A program made the translations under genes and the position numbers. This document shows positions 1-9,278 of a stretch of 64,000 nucleotides of DNA, one piece after another. The notes below the pieces were generated by a model. That model saw only the letters and a program-made list of their open reading frames with translations, was not told the DNA's origin and made no database searches. The stretch lies in the NCBI GenBank assembly GCA_036003745.1, contig DASYSD010000019.1, positions 1,500 through 65,499 on the forward strand, given 5' to 3'. This stretch comes from Pyrinomonadaceae bacterium (GTDB taxonomy: Bacteria > Acidobacteriota > Blastocatellia > Pyrinomonadales > Pyrinomonadaceae). Position 1 is the first letter of the stretch, and every line of letters begins with the position of its first letter.

Positions 1-1286
1 TCGAGCAGGCCACTGCTGCGATCCAGAAGCTTTCGAAGCCTGTTAAGGGCGACGCGATTGCCCAGGTCGGAACAGTTTCCGCTAACGGCGATCAGACCAT
101 CGGCAACATCATTGCTGAAGCAATGAACAAAGTCGGCAAAGACGGCGTCATCACCGTTGAAGAGTCGAAGACGATGGACACTTCGCTCGAGGTTGTGGAA
201 GGAATGCAGTTCGACCGCGGTTATCTCAGCCCATACTTCGTCACCGATCCGGAGCGGATGGAAGCAGTGCTAGACAATCCGCTGATTCTCATCAACGAGA
301 AGAAGATCAGCTCTATGAAGGATCTGCTGCCTTTGCTCGAGCAGGTTGCCAAGCTCGGCAAGCCGATGCTGATCATCGCCGAGGACGTTGAAGGCGAAGC
401 GCTCGCGACCCTCGTCGTGAACAAGCTGCGTGGCACCTTGAACATCGCGGCCGTGAAGGCACCAGGATTCGGTGATCGTCGCAAGGCGATGCTCGAAGAC
501 ATAGCGATTCTGACTGGTGGTAAAGTGATCAGCGAGGATCTCGGTATCAAACTCGAGAACGTGAAACTCGAAGATCTCGGCCGCGCCAAGAAGATCACGA
601 TCGACAAAGACAACACCACGATCGTGGAAGGCGCCGGCAAGCAGTATGACATCGAAGGTCGCGTCAAGACTCTGCGCGCGCAGATCGAAGACACCACTTC
701 CGACTACGATCGCGAGAAACTTCAGGAGCGACTCGCGAAGCTCGTCGGTGGCGTTGCGGTGATCAAGGTTGGCGCTGCAACTGAGACCGAGATGAAAGAG
801 AAGAAGGCCCGCGTCGAAGATGCTATGCATGCGACACGTGCTGCGGTCGAAGAAGGAATCGTTCCCGGTGGCGGCGTCGCACTCGTGAGAGCGGCCAAGG
901 CCCTCGAGAAATACGAGGTCAGCAAAGACGGCGAAGGCGATCCTGACGAGCAGATCGGTGTCAACATCGTTCGTCGCGCATTGGAAGAGCCGCTGCGTCA
1001 GATCGTTCAGAATGCCGGTAAAGAAGGCGCAGTGGTTGTCGAGCGTGTTCGTTCTGAGAAGAACGAGAACACCGGTTTCAACGCTGCAACCGAGCAATAT
1101 GAGGATCTGGTGAAGGCCGGCGTTATCGATCCGGCGAAGGTCACTCGCACAGCTCTGCAGAACGCAGCTTCAATTGCCGGCCTGATGCTGACGACTGAAG
1201 CGATGGTCTCGGAGCTTCCTGAAGACGATAAGGGTAGTCCCGCAATGCCGGGCGGTATGGGCGGCATGAGCGGCATGGGCATGTAA
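1..1286 (+). CDS. groEL: Chaperonin GroEL (Cpn60), 5'-truncated by the window edge
   Basis: The frame is open from nt 3. The translation reads [17 protein letters not shown]...[19 protein letters not shown]...[11 protein letters not shown] and ends in the GroEL-type GGM tail ([12 protein letters not shown]). Confidence 0.97.
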   Translation, partial: EQATAAIQKLSKPVKGDAIAQVGTVSANGDQTIGNIIAEAMNKVGKDGVITVEESKTMDTSLEVVEGMQFDRGYLSPYFVTDPERMEAVLDNPLILINEKKISSMKDLLPLLEQVAKLGKPMLIIAEDVEGEALATLVVNKLRGTLNIAAVKAPGFGDRRKAMLEDIAILTGGKVISEDLGIKLENVKLEDLGRAKKITIDKDNTTIVEGAGKQYDIEGRVKTLRAQIEDTTSDYDREKLQERLAKLVGGVAVIKVGAATETEMKEKKARVEDAMHATRAAVEEGIVPGGGVALVRAAKALEKYEVSKDGEGDPDEQIGVNIVRRALEEPLRQIVQNAGKEGAVVVERVRSEKNENTGFNAATEQYEDLVKAGVIDPAKVTRTALQNAASIAGLMLTTEAMVSELPEDDKGSPAMPGGMGGMSGMGM

Positions 1287-1352
1287 GCCACGGACTTTCA
1301 CAGATGACACGGATTACATAACCAGTTCTTTGTAATCCGTGTTATCCGTGGC
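1287..1352. repeat. Palindromic hairpin element (CACGGAT-type sub-repeats), probably a bidirectional terminator after groEL
   Basis: Inner 12-bp perfect stem ACACGGATTACA (1307-1318) / TGTAATCCGTGT (1331-1342). Outer 8-bp stem GCCACGGA (1287-1294) / TCCGTGGC (1345-1352). Confidence 0.6.
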
Positions 1353-1547
1353 TAAAACTTCTTCTGGCAGCACATCCTCCAAAATCTCTTCAATCAGCTT
1401 CGCAGACATATCGAGAGCCGTAAGCAATGGATGCAACGACGTGTTCTCGCTGACGTATCCTTTGGCGACGTCCTGTGCAAACGCCAGCGCAACATAAGCG
1501 CGCGCAAGGCGGCGACTGTCTATGTTTCCCCAGAACGGTGTGCTCAT
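1314..1547 (-). CDS. Hypothetical 77-aa protein, possibly a remnant of a four-helix-bundle (23S rRNA IVS-type) protein
   Basis: This is the internal Met of the 123-aa track ORF and starts 8 nt after the stop of the M50 gene. Its C-terminus is encoded by the hairpin repeat. Similarity to four-helix-bundle proteins is weak and judged by eye only. Confidence 0.25.
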   Translation of the reverse strand: MSTPFWGNIDSRRLARAYVALAFAQDVAKGYVSENTSLHPLLTALDMSAKLIEEILEDVLPEEVLATDNTDYKELVM

Positions 1548-1555
1548 CTCAAGTT

Positions 1556-2056
1556 TCAGGCGTTTAGAAAAGCGCGGACCATGACGGCCAGCGCGATAGC
1601 TCCACCACCAAGCGTGAAGACCCATTCTACGACTGGACTCGGTCGTCCAAAGATTCGCCGGCAGATGACCATCCCACCCTTCCATCCGTCGAGCTGATAG
1701 AGTGGAATTAGATTTCCGATAGCTAGCGCAAGATTTAATGCGCCAAATAGTGATCCCCAGGTCAATACGCAGAGTACGAGATTCACGGCGATGCCGGCTC
1801 CGAGTACAAACAACTGCTGCGAGAGTGGCCGGCGTTGCAATGCCTTCATATCCATCTGCACATAAGCACCAACCGGTAACAGACGCAGCTGGTAATCAAC
1901 CTGACTCAGTCGCACTCCATAAATTTTCGGTCCCCATCCTAATCCCGCTTGTTTAATCGGAACCGCACACATGCGCGCCGCGAAGTAATGGCCCAACTCG
2001 TGCAGCACGAGTGAGGCGAAAAAACTCACAATGGCGTTGATGATGAAAAGATTCAT
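1556..2056 (-). CDS. Minimal M50-family site-2 metalloprotease (no PDZ domain), 166 aa
   Basis: HELGH zinc motif in the first TM segment, NLIPLYQLDG (NxxPxxxLDG) motif, and four hydrophobic segments. Confidence 0.8.
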   Translation of the reverse strand: MNLFIINAIVSFFASLVLHELGHYFAARMCAVPIKQAGLGWGPKIYGVRLSQVDYQLRLLPVGAYVQMDMKALQRRPLSQQLFVLGAGIAVNLVLCVLTWGSLFGALNLALAIGNLIPLYQLDGWKGGMVICRRIFGRPSPVVEWVFTLGGGAIALAVMVRAFLNA

Positions 2057-2058
2057 GT

Positions 2059-2280
2059 TTATGAATTCAAGCGCAGAAGTTTGGAGACGTTTTGTTCGAG
2101 CTCCTTCAACATGCTCAGTTCCGATTTCAGCTCTTGCAGATCGCTTCTAACGTCCAGGATCAAATAAAAAATTGCGCAGGTAACAACGGTTCCTTCAAGA
2201 ACTCCGAGGCCGCGATTTGCGAGCACCAGGATCAGAAACAGTAGCGTCAACGCCGAGATGTAAAGCCTGATAGTTAGCAC
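2059..2280 (-). CDS. Small membrane protein (two TM segments plus a C-terminal coiled coil), 73 aa
   Basis: Its stop lies 2 nt before the M50 start, which implies an operon. Hydrophobic N-terminal half, with heptad-like DLQELKSELSMLKELEQNVSKLLRL at the C-terminus. Confidence 0.55.
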   Translation of the reverse strand: MLTIRLYISALTLLFLILVLANRGLGVLEGTVVTCAIFYLILDVRSDLQELKSELSMLKELEQNVSKLLRLNS

Positions 2281-2467
2281 TGTGTTTTGATTTATCCGAC
2301 CAAGAGAAACAAGTAATGCGGGTCCGGTTCCAGTCCACAGATTTCATAGCTACCTTTGTGGAGTCTGTGGTCCAAAGTCTAGAATGACTGTCCAGATGCT
2401 GGACGAATAACGTGTGAACAACAACTTTTACTGTGTTTTCTTAAGGAATTGTGCGAAAAGAAATATT

Positions 2468-2491
2468 GCAATTTGATGGCCCCCGGATTGC
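2468..2491. promoter_or_regulatory. Back-to-back sigma-54-like -24/-12 motifs in the divergent intergenic region
   Basis: Plus strand: TGGCCC-CCGGA-TTGCT (2477-2491). Minus strand: GGGCCA-TCAAA-TTGCA (reverse complement of 2467-2482). Both have GG-N10-GC spacing. The minus-strand -24 box is weak. Confidence 0.3.
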
Positions 2492-2644
2492 TTAGTTGTC
2501 ACGCGGATATACGCGTCCAAGTGTAAGGCTACGAAGGAACTGTTCGAGTTAGCGAAGTTCTAAGCATTACCTAAAACCGTTCAGGTCTCGCCCAGTTCTC
2601 TTTATCCACTCGTAAAAAAGATGACGTTTCTCCGCCCCCAAGGC

Positions 2645-2827
2645 CGAAGGAGTGTACGTTGTCGATGAAGAACTCACGCTCCGTTGTTTGAGATGGCGGC
2701 CAGGATTCGGAACATCAAGTCGTTTAGACGTTTTGTTATTCCAGTCTCGAAGGAGTGCTCCCGTGCTCTTACTCCTTCAGAGACAGATTTAAGCCGCAAC
2801 TTGAGCAAGGATTTAACCCGAAGGAGT
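2645..2827 (+). promoter_or_regulatory. 5' leader carrying three CGAAGGAGT (SD-like) copies and one exact anti-SD
   Basis: CGAAGGAGT occurs at 2645-2653, 2748-2756 and 2819-2827; the last copy is the RBS of the activator gene. ACTCCTTC at 2771-2778 is the exact reverse complement of GAAGGAGT. Confidence 0.45.
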
Positions 2828-2837
2828 TAGTTAATTG

Positions 2838-3959
2838 ATGCCCCTAGCAACTCCCACGGCTATCGATGGCTGGTCCAGCAACCACGCCAGGTCCACAGCG
2901 ATAGCAAACGACAAGCAGGAAAGTCTTAGAACAAACAATTCCAAAACTCCCCCTCTCATCGGCCAATCACCGGTGATGAGAAAGCTTTTTTCCGTGATCG
3001 AACGTGTGGCGCCAACCGACGCTTCTGTCCTCGTCACTGGTGCGACTGGAACTGGTAAAGAACTTGCCGCTCGCGCTATCCACGATCTCAGCCCGCGACG
3101 CGACCACGCCTTCGTCGATATCAACTGCTCTGCTATCCCGGAAACATTGATCGAAGCCGAACTCTTCGGACATCAGCGTGGCACCTTCACTGGCGCACAC
3201 GAGAACCGCAGTGGACTGTTCGAAAAGGCTTCCGGCGGTACGCTCTTTCTCGACGAAGTCGATGCGTTGAATCTTTCAGCCCAGGCAAAGTTACTGCGCG
3301 TGCTACAGGAGCGCACGGTACGAAGAATTGGTGCGCGCGCGAATATCGCGATTGACGTGCGCATTATTTCTGCGACTAACTGCGATCTTGCCCAGGCAGT
3401 CGCTGAAGGTCGTTTTCGTCCGGACCTTTATTACCGGTTGCGAGTTTTGCCGTTGCACGTGCCGGAGCTCTGCACGCGTGGCGACGATGTGAGACTGCTG
3501 GTTGAACACTTTCTCAGAGTGAAGTCGGAAAGGAATGGTCAGCCGCTCAGAAAGTTCACACCGGAAGCGATGCGTGCTCTTTGCGAGTATCCGTGGCCTG
3601 GCAACGTTCGCGAACTCGAAAACACGATCGAATATGCGCTCGCGATTGGTCTTGAAGACGACTTAGGCACGGCGGATCTGCCCCCCGAGATTTTGTCAGC
3701 GCAGGCGCAACCCAGCGCAGATGATTTCAGGCAGGTGCTTCAGGCTTACATGAACGACACGGTTCCGCTTGCCGAGATCGAGAAGCGCTACATTCTTTCA
3801 GTTCTACAGCAGTTTGGTGGCAATCAGGTGCGAGCCGCAGCTGCCCTCGGAATCGATCGCAGCAAACTCTATCGCCGTCTGAAGCAGTATGGGGTGATGG
3901 CGGTAAGGTTTATTCAGGAAGAAAACTTAGACGGGCACCAACTTCTGTCAAGGCATTGA
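2838..3959 (+). CDS. Sigma-54-dependent transcriptional activator (bEBP) with no N-terminal sensory or receiver domain
   Basis: Walker A GATGTGKE, a GTFTGA variant of the GAFTGA loop, an AAA+ core and a C-terminal Fis-type HTH (QVRAAAALGIDRSKLYRRLKQYG). Only ~45 aa precede the AAA+ domain. AAGGAG lies 11 nt upstream of the ATG at 2838; a TTG at 2835 is an alternative start. Confidence 0.92.
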   Translation: MPLATPTAIDGWSSNHARSTAIANDKQESLRTNNSKTPPLIGQSPVMRKLFSVIERVAPTDASVLVTGATGTGKELAARAIHDLSPRRDHAFVDINCSAIPETLIEAELFGHQRGTFTGAHENRSGLFEKASGGTLFLDEVDALNLSAQAKLLRVLQERTVRRIGARANIAIDVRIISATNCDLAQAVAEGRFRPDLYYRLRVLPLHVPELCTRGDDVRLLVEHFLRVKSERNGQPLRKFTPEAMRALCEYPWPGNVRELENTIEYALAIGLEDDLGTADLPPEILSAQAQPSADDFRQVLQAYMNDTVPLAEIEKRYILSVLQQFGGNQVRAAAALGIDRSKLYRRLKQYGVMAVRFIQEENLDGHQLLSRH

Positions 3960-3983
3960 GTTTCCAGCCCCGACCGTTCGCAC

Positions 3984-4022
3984 GGGTGGTCTCACGCAAG
4001 TGAGACTACCCGCCGCGTTTTT
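3984..4022 (+). terminator. Probable intrinsic terminator
   Basis: Stem GGGTGGTCTCAC (3984-3995), loop GCAA, stem GTGAGACTACCC (4000-4011), followed by a T-run at 4018-4022. Confidence 0.55.
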
Positions 4023-4081
4023 AGCCACAAAAAAGCACAAAAGGCACAAAGGACATCTTGTAAATCCTGTCCCAATAATTC

Positions 4082-7000
4082 TCAGCGCACAATACTGATC
4101 GACGGTTTATTACCCGTCGTCCCACGGAAGGTGATGCTGATGCGATAGTCGCCCTCCAATTCAATCGAATCGGGCAGCTTCACTACAATCTGCGTGAGCC
4201 AATCGAAATTCGGGACCTTGCGCACGTCTTCCACGACGAGCGGATAACTGCGATTGAGAAGATCGTCAATCTGGACGGTGATCGCCGAAGCGCTTTCATT
4301 CGTCATCAGGTCAACGCCCGTGGCGAAGAGCACAATTCGGGTCCGCTGGTCCAGGCTAAAATTGTGAATGGTTGTAAGCGGGAATGGTTCGCCCATGAGC
4401 GTTACAGAATCCAGCGCCACCGCTCTTCCAGTACTCTCTTCCGTAACGATCAGCGGCTTGTCATCATCGAGGATCGTGATCGTGCTTGTGAACGGACTTC
4501 CCTCCATGACTCCATCCACAGACGAACTCAACGCGAGGTTAATAGTCTCAGGACGCTCAATCGTCTCATCGTTAACTATCGGCACGACGAAAGACTTAAC
4601 CGTTTCTCCGGCGGCGAACTGAAGCAAGCCGGGACTATTGGTGTAGTCATTAGGTTGAGTAGCTGTGCCGTTGCTGGTGGCATAGTTGATCGTGACAGGG
4701 TTTGTAGTGTTACCGATCCTGGTAACGTTTACGGTGACACTTCCGGCATTCTCATTGACGATGTAACTGGTGGCGCCAAACTGAACGCTCATTGCGGACA
4801 AAGACGAGGCAAACTGACCACGAATCTCTCCTGCGGTGAAATTGCCACTGTGAACATTGACGTAAAACAAACCATTCTTCAGATCCTGCACCTGCGTGGG
4901 CGTCATGTTGATCTGAAAATCACTGATCTGGCCCAACGGCAGCGGGAAAACCGGAGGCGCGCTCACGCCGAGTATCGCTGGTCCATGAATGTGAGCGTCG
5001 GTTTGTGCACTCGAGAGACCGTTAAAGACGAGTGAGACACGCGCCGTCTTTTCATCGGGACTGAGAAGAAGTGTCGCTCTTCCCGTAGCCGTGGAATTAT
5101 TCGGTGGAGTTTCCTGCGAACCAGTTAGATTTGCGACAAACAAAGTTCTGGGTTTCGACTTGATCTCGTAGATCGCGCCATTGGAGAGTGAAACAACAAA
5201 CACGTCGCCGTTCGGCCCCGTTTGAATGTCAGTCGTGATGCCAAAGTCCTTTCCGATCAACAGACTCTCACTCTCGGTTTGATCAAACTTATCTGAGTTG
5301 TCCGCCACGCGATCTGCCAGATGCGGATCACTAAAGGAAAAGTGCTGGCGATCGGCGGTCAACTTAAACCGGAACAAAAACCCATTGAGTAACGTCGTGC
5401 GTGACGCGCCGACGAATAGATCTCCTTCAAACTGCGGGCCGAGTCCCCTTCCCCTCACAAAACCAATCGGCGACGGGGCCACCGCATATTTCCAACTGAA
5501 CTCCGGATCGACGTATTGCGCGCCGGGGAACATGCCCATGCGGATTAAAGCCAGCTGCGGCAAGGTCTGCGTGTTGCTCGGCGGCCAACGGAGCTGCTGC
5601 AGGTTTCCTGCGCCGTAACTCATCTCGATCGAACGAAATTCGTCTACACGACTCAGCGGTCCCATTGCCTGTATCCAGCCGCCATTGAAACCGGACGTAA
5701 CACGATTGATCTCGTCAAACGCATCGTCGCCGTTTTCCTGTGTCCACAGCGCGCCACTCAGAGGATCGAAATCCATGCCGAAACTATTCCGGATGCCATA
5801 GGCAAAGATCTTCCTTACATTGACAGCGATCTGGTCCGTCTGGGTTGGTGGAAATGCATTGAGGAATGGATTATCCGGCGGTGTAGAACCATCGTCATTG
5901 AGTCTGAGGACGACGCCGGTCAGATGCGCGTCGTCAGGTTCTGGTCCACCAAACTGGTCGTCAGGATTTGGCCCACCAGTGACAAGGTTTTGCAGGAAGC
6001 CGCGTCTGCCGTTATCACCGAAAATGATGTAAAGCTTGCCGTCGGGACCAAAGCGCAACACGCCACCGTTATGATTGCCGCGTGAAGGCTGGCCGGCGTC
6101 CTGCTGTAATGCTCGCAACTTGATCAGGTTTCGATCGAACGTGAGGGTAGTTCCATTCCAAACGTAGCGATCCACACGATTTCCAAGTAGAGACACCTGA
6201 TCGACGTTTGCCGTATCTGTTCCTGTGCTGCTTTCGGTCCAGAAGAGGTACACGAAGCCGTTTTGCGCGAAGCTGGGATGCAAAGCGATGCCGAGCAAGC
6301 CACGTTCGGACGCGTTATTGACCGCCAGATCAAGCGCCGTGCTGTGCAACACGCCGTTAACGACTCGCTGCACCTTACCCGTAGCTTTTTCCAAAACAAA
6401 GAAATCGTTTGCGCCGATAAATGCAAGACTGGTCGGTTGATCGAGTCCGGTGATTACTGTGCTTACAGTCAGGTTGTCGTCCAGCATAGTGGGCGACGAT
6501 GCTGCGGGTTGGATCACAGTCGTGATTGCCGCCGTGTTGTTAGTCGTGTCTGAGTCTGTCTCGTTGGCGCTAACCGTCGCGGTATTCGTTATCTGTCCCG
6601 CGGCGGAAGGTGTGATAACAATTATAACGATAGCACTACTGTCGACATCTAGACTGCCCAGGTTGCAAGTAACAGGTCCACTACCATTGCAGTTGCCCTG
6701 TGTTGCCGTCGCCGAAACAAATGCCACACCCGCGGGCAGCGTATCGACGACAGTCACGTTTGTCGCGGGCTTTGGTCCGTGGTTTGTGGCAATGATGCGA
6801 TACGAGAGGGTGACGCCGGCCTGCCCTGGATTTGGTGAAGCAGTCTTGGTGATCGAAAGGTCCGCGCTCGTCGGACTGACGACATTCAACGAAGCCGGGA
6901 TCGAATGTGATGTTGTGCCTGACTGTCCGTTGATGTTGACGGTGTGATTGTTTACCGGAGTGTTTGGACCGCTGCTCAAAGTCAGAGTTGTGGTCTTCGA

Positions 7001-7807
7001 GTTCGCATCCGTAATGTTGACTGATACCGGATCGAAAACGGCCGTTACGCCTGTGGGAAGATTGTTAGCGGTGAAATTTACCTGTCCGGTGAACCCGGCA
7101 AGCGGTGTTACCGTCACCGTGTAAAGTCCGCCGCCACCCGGCACAACGCTTCTCGACGTGGGATTTACGCTGAGCGCAAAGTCGGGAGTCGTCGACGCCG
7201 GAGCCGAGGCGACAAAGGTTTTATAGATGTAATCGCCTGAAGTGTTACCGTCGTTGTTAGCCTGATTACCGGCAGCGTAGAAACTTACTGGACCAACGTC
7301 TGTGGGAGGTGCAGTCCAGTTGAACGTCCAACTGGCGCCATTCTGTTGGCCGATGAACGTTCCGGCAGCAGTGTGTTCGATGTATTGACGCGCCGAGTTT
7401 GGACCAGCGTTATTCAGGACTTGAGTTAAACCATCGGTGCTTTGCAGTGTGCCGGCTTTTTCGTCTGAGGCTGTGTCGAGCACCGTGAGTTCAAAACCCC
7501 AGCGAAGTCGTGTCGGATCGGGATTCGTGTGCGTAACAGTGATGGCGTAGGTCTGTCCGGGAACGTAGGTTTGAGGCGCGGTAATGGAGATCTTGCCTGT
7601 GCCCGCATCTGGCGGTACGTGACATTCGGCGCAAGCCTCGGGCTCTTCCTGCGGCGCACCCGTGTAACCAGCCGGTGGTCCAGCAGAGAATGCATGCACG
7701 GGACGAGTGCCCGCGTTGTGAGACAGCAGAAAACCGGCAAGAGCTGCGAGCAGAGACGCGAGGACGATGAGTCGGATTCGTTCCGAGTGTCCTAGGCTTC
7801 GAGGCAT
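4082..7807 (-). CDS. Secreted 1241-aa multidomain protein: N-terminal CxxCH module, Ig-like/DUF11 repeats, PQQ-dependent sugar dehydrogenase beta-propeller, CHRD, Calx-beta and a C-terminal ~125-aa module
   Basis: Signal peptide. CAECH motif. DUF11-like segment ADLSITKTASPNP...TNNTA. GSDH motifs GLLGIALHPSF and NHNGGVLRFGPDGKLYIIFGD. CHRD motifs AHIHGPA...YVNVHS...GEIRGQF. Calx-beta motifs NENAGSVTVNVTR...ATSNGTATQPNDY. Confidence 0.9.
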   Translation of the reverse strand: MPRSLGHSERIRLIVLASLLAALAGFLLSHNAGTRPVHAFSAGPPAGYTGAPQEEPEACAECHVPPDAGTGKISITAPQTYVPGQTYAITVTHTNPDPTRLRWGFELTVLDTASDEKAGTLQSTDGLTQVLNNAGPNSARQYIEHTAAGTFIGQQNGASWTFNWTAPPTDVGPVSFYAAGNQANNDGNTSGDYIYKTFVASAPASTTPDFALSVNPTSRSVVPGGGGLYTVTVTPLAGFTGQVNFTANNLPTGVTAVFDPVSVNITDANSKTTTLTLSSGPNTPVNNHTVNINGQSGTTSHSIPASLNVVSPTSADLSITKTASPNPGQAGVTLSYRIIATNHGPKPATNVTVVDTLPAGVAFVSATATQGNCNGSGPVTCNLGSLDVDSSAIVIIVITPSAAGQITNTATVSANETDSDTTNNTAAITTVIQPAASSPTMLDDNLTVSTVITGLDQPTSLAFIGANDFFVLEKATGKVQRVVNGVLHSTALDLAVNNASERGLLGIALHPSFAQNGFVYLFWTESSTGTDTANVDQVSLLGNRVDRYVWNGTTLTFDRNLIKLRALQQDAGQPSRGNHNGGVLRFGPDGKLYIIFGDNGRRGFLQNLVTGGPNPDDQFGGPEPDDAHLTGVVLRLNDDGSTPPDNPFLNAFPPTQTDQIAVNVRKIFAYGIRNSFGMDFDPLSGALWTQENGDDAFDEINRVTSGFNGGWIQAMGPLSRVDEFRSIEMSYGAGNLQQLRWPPSNTQTLPQLALIRMGMFPGAQYVDPEFSWKYAVAPSPIGFVRGRGLGPQFEGDLFVGASRTTLLNGFLFRFKLTADRQHFSFSDPHLADRVADNSDKFDQTESESLLIGKDFGITTDIQTGPNGDVFVVSLSNGAIYEIKSKPRTLFVANLTGSQETPPNNSTATGRATLLLSPDEKTARVSLVFNGLSSAQTDAHIHGPAILGVSAPPVFPLPLGQISDFQINMTPTQVQDLKNGLFYVNVHSGNFTAGEIRGQFASSLSAMSVQFGATSYIVNENAGSVTVNVTRIGNTTNPVTINYATSNGTATQPNDYTNSPGLLQFAAGETVKSFVVPIVNDETIERPETINLALSSSVDGVMEGSPFTSTITILDDDKPLIVTEESTGRAVALDSVTLMGEPFPLTTIHNFSLDQRTRIVLFATGVDLMTNESASAITVQIDDLLNRSYPLVVEDVRKVPNFDWLTQIVVKLPDSIELEGDYRISITFRGTTGNKPSISIVR

Positions 7808-7851
7808 CTTAAAACAATTCAGGCATTACGTAGTGGGCGCCACAGGTGTCT

Positions 7852-9273
7852 TCAACCAAGAAATCCCAGATTCGGTGTAGCGAAGCGGCCAATCAATGGA
7901 AACACCACCGATAAATCTGCTGACGACAAGCCGTACCACGTCGCGAGAGTTGCCGCATACTGTTCGACAGACGTCGTCGGTATCCAGCGGCCACGCGGAT
8001 TCGATCCACCATCGGTATCATCGGGACCACCGAGCGCTAAGGTCGGGTAAGCCCCGTACAACGTATGGCCCAGCACTGCGCCACCGACGATGAGCTGGTG
8101 ATTACCCCAGGCGTGATCGGTGCCGACTGTATTGAGGCCGGTACCCGCCGGCTGTAAAGTGCGGCCAAAGTCCGACATCGTAAATGTCGTGACCTTGTCT
8201 TGAACACCGAGCTCGACAGTCGCCGCGTAAAAGGCGCTGATCGCCTGACTCACTTGCTGCATCAAGCCGCCCTGTCCGGGGATCTCCGCCGAATGTGTAT
8301 CAAAGCCGCCGATTTGCGTAAAGAAAATCTGGCGCTTCATGTTTATTCCGGCAGTCGCATCGGTGCACGCCTTTATCAAAAGTGCGACCTGTTTTAGCTG
8401 GCGGCCAAGCGATGTGTTCGGGAACACTGTTGCGAGCGTTGGATTCACGCTGCTGAGCGCATTGTCTGTTTGAATCGAGCTCGAGCGCGTGTCGCTTGCG
8501 GCTTTCACGAGTTTGAAGTTGTTATCTAGAGTACGCAGTTCGTTGAACGAAGCAAGTCGCGAGGCCTGCTCGGCTGTCGTACCCGTCATGATCAGTTGCA
8601 GAACGTTTGCCAGCGTCGTGCCGGAGTCGGCTACGGCAAGTTGTCTCGTGTCGACACCGCTTAACAACAGGTTAATTCCGGCAATCGAGATGTTGCTCGG
8701 AAAGGTCGCTGAACCATTCAATCCCTGCGTCTTATCGGCGACCCTGCCTCCCCAGCCGGTTTGACTGACGGTGTTCGCGATCGCGGTTTGGAACAAACCG
8801 ACCTGATCGGAATGGGAGAAGAGTTGGAGCGGTTTCTTGCCGGTTCCATTCTGATACGTAGTTCTGGTCAGTGGTTCGACGAGTGGACCATTGTTGCAGA
8901 GCACTGCCAGTTTTCCCTGATTGAAGAGATCGCGCACCTCCGGCATGTTTGGGTGAAAACCATACGAGCCGCCGCTGACTGGTGAAACCGGGAGCAAACT
9001 CGCCTGCGCAATCGCAAGACCTGAAGCAGCGCGTATATTCGAATAGCCTGTTGTGAGGCTACCCGCCGGACCGTCGTACTGGTCCAGGGACACCAACATG
9101 TTGTTGCCGTCGTTTCCACCATTTAGAAAAACGCAGACAAGTGCTCTGTAATCGGTTGCGGCCTGCGGTGTAAGCGCATGAACGACGCTGAAGGTATCGA
9201 TACTGGAAGCCAGCGCCGCACTACCAACCGCGCATGCACTTGAACGTAAGAAATCTCTTCGTGTTATCGCCAT
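7852..9273 (-). CDS. DUF1501 family protein (sulfatase-like fold) with a Tat-type signal
   Basis: MAITRRDFLRSSA twin-arginine leader. Motifs DYRALVCVFLNGGNDGNNMLV, GGFDTHS and GTDHAWGNHQLIVGG are typical of DUF1501. Confidence 0.9.
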   Translation of the reverse strand: MAITRRDFLRSSACAVGSAALASSIDTFSVVHALTPQAATDYRALVCVFLNGGNDGNNMLVSLDQYDGPAGSLTTGYSNIRAASGLAIAQASLLPVSPVSGGSYGFHPNMPEVRDLFNQGKLAVLCNNGPLVEPLTRTTYQNGTGKKPLQLFSHSDQVGLFQTAIANTVSQTGWGGRVADKTQGLNGSATFPSNISIAGINLLLSGVDTRQLAVADSGTTLANVLQLIMTGTTAEQASRLASFNELRTLDNNFKLVKAASDTRSSSIQTDNALSSVNPTLATVFPNTSLGRQLKQVALLIKACTDATAGINMKRQIFFTQIGGFDTHSAEIPGQGGLMQQVSQAISAFYAATVELGVQDKVTTFTMSDFGRTLQPAGTGLNTVGTDHAWGNHQLIVGGAVLGHTLYGAYPTLALGGPDDTDGGSNPRGRWIPTTSVEQYAATLATWYGLSSADLSVVFPLIGRFATPNLGFLG

Positions 9274-9278
9274 GATAG

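Noticed and set aside
221-1291. Long antisense ORFs overlapping groEL (221-697, 270-1097, 722-967, 1007-1291). Similar shadow ORFs lie inside the 1241-aa, DUF1501, DUF1800, RHS and Tad genes.
   Set aside because: They lie opposite or out of frame to confidently identified genes in high-GC DNA. They have low-complexity Arg/Ser/Ala-rich translations and no recognisable motifs, so they are typical shadow ORFs.
1314-1685. The full-length 123-aa minus-strand ORF.
   Set aside because: Its first 46 codons overlap the 3' end of the M50 protease gene in another frame. Only the part downstream of the internal Met is retained, at low confidence.
2838-3959. This bEBP as the activator of the flp sigma-54 promoters.
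   Set aside because: It is the only bEBP in the window, but it lies 41 kb away and nothing in the sequence links them. It is mentioned only as one candidate to test.
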